In this document: positions 1-6,011 of the stretch, piece by piece
Layout of the letters: each line of letters starts with the position of its first letter
How positions within the stretch are numbered: position 1 is the stretch's first letter
Assembly: GCA_035387745.1 (NCBI GenBank)
Contig: DAOOON010000001.1
Coordinates: forward strand, 31,952 to 63,951
DNA from: an archaeon
GTDB taxonomy: Archaea > Iainarchaeota > Iainarchaeia > Iainarchaeales > CSSED10-239
Direction of reading: 5' to 3'
DNA: 32,000 nucleotides
Program-made: the position numbers and the translations under genes
The notes under the pieces: generated by a model
Database searches by the model: none
What the model saw: the letters and a program-made list of their open reading frames with translations, nothing else
Told to the model about the DNA's origin: nothing

Positions 1-244
1 TAGAACACTAGTCTTTAGGCTTTTTTGTAATCGCCCCCTCTCTTTTCTTTGCCCAAATAATTCGGAGTCTATTCCGAATGCTTTTTAAATCATAAACAGA
101 TTAGCTATTAAAATAATGCAAAGCTAGGCCAGCAACAAGTGGGTTTTTTGCCCACCCAAACCTTGTGCATCTGGAGCTTATTTATAAGTGTTCTTCTTTA
201 ATGCGAGAAATTCTATTTTTTTAACTTCCCCATTGAGAGAAATA

Positions 245-252
245 TTTATATA
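245..252 (+). promoter_or_regulatory. TATA-box-like element (tttatata) 22 nt upstream of the ATPase ATG, implying a leaderless or very short-leader mRNA
   Basis: tttatata was read directly at 245-252. Archaeal TATA boxes sit roughly 25 nt upstream of the transcription start. In a genome this AT-rich, such matches also arise by chance. Confidence 0.3.
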
Positions 253-274
253 GTTAACTAAACATACTATATTT

Positions 275-1534
275 ATGGATAAACAATATATAGAAAGAAT
301 AATACTTGATCAATCAGAAGATCTAAAAAAAATGGAACTTGGTTTTACAAGAAATAAACTCCAAGATATAGATAGCCACATAAAATCAAAAATAAATATT
401 GTAATAACTGGTGTTAGACGCTCTGGCAAATCAATATTATTATTACAGATAATGGATAAATACTATAAAGACAAGTTTTATTATCTAAGATTTGCGGACG
501 AAAGATTATCAGATATACAGATAGAAGATTATCAAAAAATATACGAAGTGTTTTTAGCAAATTTTAATAAAACAAATATTTTCTTTTTTGATGAAATACA
601 AGGAAAACCAAAATGGGACCAGTTTGTTAATAGATTATATGAAACCGGTAATAAATTTTATATAACTGGCTCTAACTCCGAGTTATTAAGTAAAGAGATA
701 TCAACTTATCTAACAGGAAGGCATCTAGATATAGAGTTATATCCTTTTTCGTTTAGAGAGTTTTTAGACTTTAAAAAAATAGATCTAGATTACAGGTATA
801 CAAAAAACCTAATAAAAATAGAAAAAGAAATTGTAAATTATTTAAAAATAGGCGGTTTTCCACAAGTAGTAGTAGAAAATAATACCTCTTTACTTGAAGA
901 GATATATGAGGACATAATAAACAAAGACGTTTTATTAAGATATAATATAAACGATGTTTCTGTTCTTAAAAAAACAGCAATATTTTTAATGTCAAACATA
1001 GCTAAAGAATTTTCATATAATTCCCTAAAAAAGATGTTTAATTTAGGTAATTCAAATACAATTCGAAACTATGTTTATTATTTGTCTAATGCCTATTTGT
1101 TATTTGAATTAAATAAATACGATTATTCTTTTAAAAAGCAAGAAAATTATTCAAAAAAGATATATTGTATAGATACTGGATTAATAAACAAAATGGCATT
1201 TTCTTTTTCTGAAAATCTTGGAAGACTATATGAAAATTGTGTTTTTATAGAGCTAAAAAGAAGAGGCAAAGATATATATTTTTGGAAAGATAAATCTAAT
1301 AGCGAGATTGATTTTTTAATGCTTGAAAAAAACAAGGTTGTTTCTTTAATACAAGTTTGTTATAATTTAAATGATCTTAAGACAAAGGAAAGAGAAGTTA
1401 ATGCTTTACTTTCTGGGCTAGATGAATTTAAGTTAAAGGAAGGGATAATAATAACAAAAGATTTAGACAAAGAAGAAAAGATAAGAAATAAGACCATTAA
1501 GTTTATTCCTTTATGGAAATGGTTATTAGAGTAA
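275..1534 (+). CDS. AAA+ superfamily ATPase, COG1373 / DUF4143-type
   Basis: 419-aa ORF with an ATG start. It has Walker A GVRRSGKS and a Walker B-like FFFDEIQ. The N-terminal P-loop domain followed by a long C-terminal region is the usual layout of COG1373 ATPases. The family assignment is from motif memory, not a search. Confidence 0.7.
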   Translation: MDKQYIERIILDQSEDLKKMELGFTRNKLQDIDSHIKSKINIVITGVRRSGKSILLLQIMDKYYKDKFYYLRFADERLSDIQIEDYQKIYEVFLANFNKTNIFFFDEIQGKPKWDQFVNRLYETGNKFYITGSNSELLSKEISTYLTGRHLDIELYPFSFREFLDFKKIDLDYRYTKNLIKIEKEIVNYLKIGGFPQVVVENNTSLLEEIYEDIINKDVLLRYNINDVSVLKKTAIFLMSNIAKEFSYNSLKKMFNLGNSNTIRNYVYYLSNAYLLFELNKYDYSFKKQENYSKKIYCIDTGLINKMAFSFSENLGRLYENCVFIELKRRGKDIYFWKDKSNSEIDFLMLEKNKVVSLIQVCYNLNDLKTKEREVNALLSGLDEFKLKEGIIITKDLDKEEKIRNKTIKFIPLWKWLLE

Positions 1535-1597
1535 TTTTAAAATAATAGTAATTAACATTTTAAACAAACAAAAAACAAACAACCGCCTGAAAAACCA

Positions 1598-1615
1598 ATA
1601 TATATATATATATAT
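1598..1615. repeat. (AT)9 dinucleotide microsatellite in the promoter region of the DGR target gene
   Basis: atatatatatatatatat was read directly. Its 3' end lies 53 nt upstream of the ATG at 1669, and a GGAGA Shine-Dalgarno-like motif sits at 1651-1655. It could double as the TATA element. Confidence 0.9.
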
Positions 1616-1668
1616 CTTTCATCTATTTATTTTATTAGTTAATTTAAATAGGAGATAAGTAGATAAAT

Positions 1669-2529
1669 ATGAAAAATCAAAAATTAAAAGCAATCACTCC
1701 AATTGTTACAACTATTCTTTTAGTAGTAGTTGCTGTAATTCTTGTAACAATAGTCTTAAACTGGGGCAGAGTTTTTACTACTAGTTCTTTAAGTAAAACC
1801 CAAGGCATAGAGTTAACAAAATCTGATGCAGTTTCTTTTGTTTATCCAACTCAGTTAAAAGATGGCATAATACAATTTAATTATTCTCCGCCTTCTTCTG
1901 AGTCTTTTGGTGATATCATAATTACAAGTTATAAAGTATTATCTGATTCTGGCGAGACTCCAGACACTAATCTTTCTTCAAATTACACTTTAAAGCAAGG
2001 TTCAAATCTAATAGATCTAACAGGTTTTTCTTCTTTAGGTCTAGACTCTTCTTCAAAAGTCACGCTTGTTTTACAAACAACTGACAACACCTATCTAGAC
2101 ATAAAAAACATAACAAATTATTATGCAGTGCCTGTGCTTTTACCATATGTTTTAACAAATTCAGGAGACAAATTATATATTCATCCAAGTGATTCTCCAA
2201 CAGCCTTAACTTGGGCAGACGCAGGCCCATATTGTGAAAATTTAGACTCTAACGGTTATGACGATTGGTATCTTCCAAGCATGTCACAATTAGCAGATAT
2301 TTGGCTAGCTTGCCCTGATCAAACAAAATCGAACATTTGTATGAATAATAATATAAACAAAGATAATCTTCCATACACAGAAACCTGGGTTGATTTTATA
2401 GCAGACTATTATTGGTCAAGTACGGAGTGTGGGGCGGACGGCGCTTACGATATCGCTATGAACTATGGGGGCATCGGCATTAACGGTAAGGCCAAGGGCC
2501 TCTACGTGCGTTGTGTTCGTGACCAGTAG
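1669..2529 (+). CDS. DGR target protein: archaeal pilin-type N-terminus plus S/T-rich middle plus C-terminal DUF1566 / C-type-lectin-fold-like domain carrying the VR
   Basis: 286-aa ORF. The N-terminus MKNQKLKAITPIVTTILLVVVAVILVTIVLNWG resembles the archaeal type IV pilin N-terminal domain (short basic stretch, [KR]A[IV][ST]P[IV][IV], then about 20 hydrophobic residues). The C-terminal LTWADAGPYCENLDSNGYDDWYLPSMSQLADIW ... YWSSTE ... YVRCVRDQ matches the DUF1566 pattern seen in many DGR targets. The VR occupies the last 34 codons before Q-stop. Confidence 0.85.
   Translation: MKNQKLKAITPIVTTILLVVVAVILVTIVLNWGRVFTTSSLSKTQGIELTKSDAVSFVYPTQLKDGIIQFNYSPPSSESFGDIIITSYKVLSDSGETPDTNLSSNYTLKQGSNLIDLTGFSSLGLDSSSKVTLVLQTTDNTYLDIKNITNYYAVPVLLPYVLTNSGDKLYIHPSDSPTALTWADAGPYCENLDSNGYDDWYLPSMSQLADIWLACPDQTKSNICMNNNINKDNLPYTETWVDFIADYYWSSTECGADGAYDIAMNYGGIGINGKAKGLYVRCVRDQ
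2422..2523 (+). repeat. DGR variable repeat (VR)
   Basis: 102 nt align without gaps to 3189-3290, with 79/102 identical. 21 of the 23 differences lie where the other copy has A. The 3' 21 nt (2502-2522, ctacgtgcgttgtgttcgtga) are identical to TR 3269-3289 and are the IMH-like candidate. The VR ends 3 nt before the stop codon of the target (TAG 2527-2529). Confidence 0.9.
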
Positions 2530-2572
2530 TAACCAGGGGTTTTTGACAAGCCGTGGGCTTGGCAAAAGCCAT

Positions 2573-2595
2573 CAAGACATCCAGCGGATGTCTTG
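2573..2595 (+). promoter_or_regulatory. Perfect 10-bp hairpin with a 3-nt AGC loop downstream of the VR
   Basis: caagacatcc-agc-ggatgtcttg was read directly, and the arms are exact reverse complements. It is GC-enriched relative to its surroundings. A weaker 6-bp hairpin (caagcc-gtg-ggcttg) lies at 2547-2561. Confidence 0.8.
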
Positions 2596-2611
2596 TTTGT
2601 GATTGTCAGGC

Positions 2612-2640
2612 AAAGTCACAACCCAGCGGGTTGTGACTTT
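2612..2640 (+). promoter_or_regulatory. Perfect 13-bp hairpin with a 3-nt AGC loop, the second of a pair sharing the apex CCAGCGG
   Basis: aaagtcacaaccc-agc-gggttgtgacttt was read directly, and the arms are exact reverse complements. It is followed by a T/A-rich tract before the avd ATG at 2674. Confidence 0.8.
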
Positions 2641-2673
2641 GATATGTTTTGAAAAAAAAATTTGTGAATAAAA

Positions 2674-3036
2674 ATGGTTAGTTACGAAAACCTTGGAGTT
2701 TACAAGTCTTCTTTTGATCTTTGTGTGTATTTTGAAAAGATTGTTAAAAATTTTAATAAGGGCAATAAGTTTACAATTGGCGCAGATTTAAAAAATAAAT
2801 CGCGAGAGATTGCAATGCAAGTGGTTAGAGCAAATATATCAAGTACAAAAATAAAAGAAATTCAAGAGCTAATAATTTTAATTGAAGAACAAAAATTGAT
2901 AGTAAGATTGTGTCAAGAAACAAACGGCTTTCCTAATAAAAATTCATACGGATATATCTCAAAATTATTAACAAACCTTACAACCCAAGCCAATAACTGG
3001 CTATTATGCTCGCAAAAGCGAGAACAAACAGAGTAA
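2674..3036 (+). CDS. avd: Accessory variability determinant (Avd)-like four-helix-bundle protein
   Basis: 120-aa ORF between the target and TR/RT, the canonical avd position. Its size, predicted all-helical character and pattern (LGVYKSSFDL...VKNFNKGNKFTIGADLKNKSREIAMQVVRAN...W near the C-terminus) resemble the Avd / 23S-rRNA-IVS-protein family (PF05635-like). The call is from memory of the family, not a search. Confidence 0.75.
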   Translation: MVSYENLGVYKSSFDLCVYFEKIVKNFNKGNKFTIGADLKNKSREIAMQVVRANISSTKIKEIQELIILIEEQKLIVRLCQETNGFPNKNSYGYISKLLTNLTTQANNWLLCSQKREQTE

Positions 3037-3188
3037 AACCCGGAGTTGTAAATGTGAATAAAAGCAGTTTTACAAGCGCGGTTATTCATGGTGATGAAAG
3101 ACACCTAAACGGTAGTAAGTATTTTAATTAAGCTCTACTTTTTCTAAAAGATGAACTTTTTTAATAAAAGATCTTTCACAAAGGATGC

Positions 3189-3290
3189 ACGGAGTATGGG
3201 GCGGACAACGCTTACAATATCAATATGAACAATGGAAACATCAACAACAACAATAAGACCAATAACAACTACGTGCGTTGTGTTCGTGAA
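3189..3290 (+). repeat. DGR template repeat (TR)
   Basis: This is the adenine-rich copy (41 A in 102 nt; 13 AAY codons in the VR-equivalent frame) of the VR. It lies immediately upstream of, and overlaps, the RT ORF. The boundaries are where homology to the VR decays, and 2 further matching nt are possible at the 3' end. Confidence 0.9.
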
Positions 3291-4463
3291 CACGAATTTA
3301 CTTTTCAAGAACTTCATAAAGCATATATGACTTGTAGAAAAAATAAAAGAAATACAATCAATGCTTTAAAGTTTGAAGTTGATCTGGAAAGTAATTTACA
3401 AGAGTTGGTGTTTTGTTTAAATAACAAAACCTATAAGCCAACTCGCTCTGTTTGTTTTTCTATAACCGACCCAAAGCCACGCGAGGTTTTTGCTGCTGAT
3501 TTTAAAGATAGGGTAGTTCATCATCTTCTTTATAACCGTCTAAACCCAATTTATGAAAAAATATTTATCTATGATAGCTATGCTTGTAGAAAAAACAAAG
3601 GCACTTTAAACTCAGTAAAAAGAGCACAAACCTTTACAAGAAAGATTACAAACAATTCAAAAGAAAAAGCCTATTATCTACAACTAGATATTCATAATTT
3701 TTTTATGAGTATTGATAAAGATATTTTGTTTGGGATTGTAAGCCGCAAGATAAAAGACACAAGTTGGCTCTGGCTTACAAAACAGATAATCTATTACGAC
3801 CCAACCGAGAAATACTTACAGAAAGGTTCAGATTGGAAACAATCTGGTGTTCCTAAACACAAAACCTTATTTAACACTAAAAAAAACAAGGGCTTACCAA
3901 TAGGGAACCTTACAAGCCAGTTCTTTGCAAATGTCTATCTTAATGAATTAGATCAATATATTAAACATAAAATGAAAGTAAAATATTACATAAGATATGT
4001 AGATGATTTTATTATCTTCTCAAAATCAAGAAAAGAACTATTATCTATTAAAAAAGAAATAGAAACCTTTCTAAAAGAAAAGCTATCTTTAGTTCTAAAG
4101 CCCCTAACCATTCTAAAACCCATTTCCTCAGGCATAAACTTTGTAGGCTATATCATAAAATCAAACTATCTTTTGCCAAGAAATAGAGTAGTTAATAATA
4201 TATATAAAAAAATAAACCTTTTTAAGAAAGACAGTATTTATTTAGAAAACAAAGCTCTTGTTTATGATTTCAAAAATTCGGTATATTTTATAAAATCTAT
4301 AAATAGCTATTTTGGATATCTTAAACCATCCAAGCACAAAAATCTCCTAAAGGATATAAAGACAAAAAACCGTTTTTTAAATATTTTATTTATTTTTGAA
4401 AATCATAAGATCAAAAATAAATACCAGACAAATTTTATAAATTTAAAAATTAAGGCCGTTTAA
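3225..4463 (+). CDS. DGR-type reverse transcriptase
   Basis: 412-aa ORF. It has DPKPREVFAADFKDRVVHHLLYN (RT motifs 1-2), LPIGNLTSQFFANVYLNELD (IGNLTSQ at 3900-3920, the SQ signature typical of DGR RTs) and the catalytic YVDD at 3996-4007. The start is uncertain: the only in-frame ATG upstream of the conserved FTFQELHKAY block is 3225, which lies inside the TR. GTG at 3273 is an alternative. Confidence 0.9.
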   Translation: MNNGNINNNNKTNNNYVRCVREHEFTFQELHKAYMTCRKNKRNTINALKFEVDLESNLQELVFCLNNKTYKPTRSVCFSITDPKPREVFAADFKDRVVHHLLYNRLNPIYEKIFIYDSYACRKNKGTLNSVKRAQTFTRKITNNSKEKAYYLQLDIHNFFMSIDKDILFGIVSRKIKDTSWLWLTKQIIYYDPTEKYLQKGSDWKQSGVPKHKTLFNTKKNKGLPIGNLTSQFFANVYLNELDQYIKHKMKVKYYIRYVDDFIIFSKSRKELLSIKKEIETFLKEKLSLVLKPLTILKPISSGINFVGYIIKSNYLLPRNRVVNNIYKKINLFKKDSIYLENKALVYDFKNSVYFIKSINSYFGYLKPSKHKNLLKDIKTKNRFLNILFIFENHKIKNKYQTNFINLKIKAV

Positions 4464-4485
4464 CAAGCAACGCATATTCTCGTTT

Positions 4486-4512
4486 AAGCTTAGCTTTATT
4501 AAAGCTAAGCTT
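4486..4512 (+). terminator. 13-bp palindromic hairpin followed by a T-rich tract downstream of the RT
   Basis: aagcttagcttta-t-taaagctaagctt was read directly and is followed by tttat. It starts 23 nt after the RT stop. Archaeal termination mainly uses T-tracts, so its function is inferred. Confidence 0.35.
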
Positions 4513-4651
4513 TATAATATATTTGTTTCTTATATTATATACTATTTAAATAAAATTACGATTTTCTACAAAAATGATTATGCGAATGGCATCTTTTAAG
4601 AAACCAAAATATAATAATAATTTGTTAAGGCATTTATAAGAGGAGATAAAA

Positions 4652-5332
4652 ATGATAAACAACAACGACATAATTGAGTTAGATTTAATAATAAAAGATA
4701 AAAACACTAATTCCGTTCTTGATACAACCCACGAAGATGTAGCAAAAGAAGGCAACATCTATGATTCAAAAACACAATATAAACCTTTAGTGGTTGTCTT
4801 TGGTAAAGGCGAGTTACTTAAAGCCGTTGAAGAGAATATTAAGGATTTAGATATTGGAAAAACAAAAGAATTTTCTGTAACAAAAGATAAGGCCTTTGGA
4901 GATAGAGACCCAAAACTAATACAGTTACTTCCATTATCTGATTTTAAAAAAGAAAACATAGATCCAAAGCCAGGCATGTTTATAAATCTTGGTAATCGCC
5001 AAGCAAAGGTTCTAAATGTTTCTGGCGGAAGAGTGCAAATAGATCTTAACCACGAGTTTGCAGGTAGAGATTTAGATTACAAGATTACTTTAAAGAAAGT
5101 TTGTGCAAACGACAACGATAAGTCACAAGCATTATTTGAGAAGTATTTCTTTTTCATGCCAAAGGATAAGGCAAAAGTTCAAGTTAAAGAAAAAACTTTA
5201 GAGTTAATAATTCCTGGCGCGATGCCAAAGGAAATCGAATATTTAAAGTACATTTTCATACAGTCTGTTTTTGACACCTGTAATTTTGAAAACATACATT
5301 TTATAGAAAATTATGAGAAGAAAAAACAATAA
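4652..5332 (+). CDS. FKBP-type peptidyl-prolyl cis-trans isomerase (SlyD-like, with insert-in-flap domain)
   Basis: 226-aa ORF with AGGAG 7 nt upstream. It has an FKBP core pattern (VVVFGKGELLKAVEENIKDLDIGKTKEF ... NHEFAGRDLDYKITLKKV) with an inserted domain, as in archaeal long FKBPs. Confidence 0.8.
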   Translation: MINNNDIIELDLIIKDKNTNSVLDTTHEDVAKEGNIYDSKTQYKPLVVVFGKGELLKAVEENIKDLDIGKTKEFSVTKDKAFGDRDPKLIQLLPLSDFKKENIDPKPGMFINLGNRQAKVLNVSGGRVQIDLNHEFAGRDLDYKITLKKVCANDNDKSQALFEKYFFFMPKDKAKVQVKEKTLELIIPGAMPKEIEYLKYIFIQSVFDTCNFENIHFIENYEKKKQ

Positions 5333-5954
5333 AGGGGGCAGAGAGATTTTGGAAACATATAAGACCGGTACAACTACAGTTGCTATCTTAGCAAAGGATT
5401 CAATAGTGCTTGCAGCAGACATGCAGGCAACCATGGGTAATCTGCAATCAAATACTGAGATGACAAAGATTTATAAGATAAACGACCAACTAGCAGTAAC
5501 AATCGCAGGTTCAGTCGGAGACGCCTTAGTTTTAGTAAGGTTTCTAAAAGTCCAAGCTAGTCTTTTTGATCTAGAGCACAAAACTCCAATGACTCCAAAA
5601 GCTTGTGCAACCTTACTTTCAAATATCTTAAATGCTAACAAGATGATTCCGTATGTTACGCAATTTATTCTAGCTGGTTCAGTTGGTGGCTTAGCATTAT
5701 ATAACATTGATATTGCAGGAGGAATAGTAGAGGAAAAGGATTTCTCATATTCGGGTTCAGGCTCAGAACTAGCTTTGAGTGTTCTTGATAGCCATTACAA
5801 AAAAGGCCTAACCACAGAAGATGCAGTTAAACTTGCAAAAGACGCAATAACATCAGCAAAGAAAAGAGACATCTACACCGGTGGCCAAGGCATAAAAGTA
5901 GTGATTGTAAAAAAAGACCGCATAGAGGAACTGCCAATAACAAAATACAATTAA
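5313..5954 (+). CDS. psmB: Proteasome subunit beta
   Basis: 213-aa ORF. A propeptide is followed by G|TTTVAILAKDSIVLAADMQAT with the catalytic Thr1 context. The length is typical. It overlaps the FKBP 3' end by 20 nt. Confidence 0.9.
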   Translation: MRRKNNKGGREILETYKTGTTTVAILAKDSIVLAADMQATMGNLQSNTEMTKIYKINDQLAVTIAGSVGDALVLVRFLKVQASLFDLEHKTPMTPKACATLLSNILNANKMIPYVTQFILAGSVGGLALYNIDIAGGIVEEKDFSYSGSGSELALSVLDSHYKKGLTTEDAVKLAKDAITSAKKRDIYTGGQGIKVVIVKKDRIEELPITKYN

Positions 5955-6011
5955 TTCTTTTTTTATTTTTAATTTTTTTTATAAACTAATTTCTAAAAAC
6001 AGGAAAAAAAC

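Larger units (their letters stand above)
1669..4463 (+). mobile_element. Diversity-generating retroelement cassette (target/VR - avd - TR - RT); a non-mobile retroelement
   Basis: All four components are co-oriented and contiguous. The VR/TR pair shows adenine-specific differences. The RT carries DGR-type motifs. See the individual features. Confidence 0.9.

Noticed and set aside
1-274. Non-coding leader with small hairpins (attcgga-gtctat-tccgaat at about 59-78; gtggg-ttttttg-cccac at about 150-166), an 8-nt inverted repeat (agaacact at 2-9 / agtgttct at 187-194) and a GC-enriched patch. It was considered as a possible ncRNA, an element terminus or an att site.
   Set aside because: The stems are short, and no tRNA-like or known ncRNA architecture could be folded by eye. 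An 8-nt inverted repeat about 180 nt apart is expected by chance. The window edge prevents assessment of the context.
2913-3104. 63-aa minus-strand ORF spanning the avd 3' end and the avd-TR spacer.
   Set aside because: It is antisense to the Avd-like gene, has no motifs, and has no plausible promoter or RBS. The DGR architecture leaves no role for it.
3225-3290. Asparagine-rich low-complexity N-terminus of the RT ORF (MNNGNINNNNKTNNN), which could be read as a prion-like or disordered domain.
   Set aside because: The Asn run is the translation of the adenine-rich template repeat (AAY codons). Its composition is explained by DGR template design, not by a protein-level function. Whether it is translated at all is treated as a separate finding.
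4546-4758. 70-aa minus-strand ORF across the RT-FKBP intergenic region and the FKBP start.
   Set aside because: It overlaps the well-supported FKBP start and its AGGAG site, and its sequence is hydrophobic and low-complexity. It is most likely spurious.
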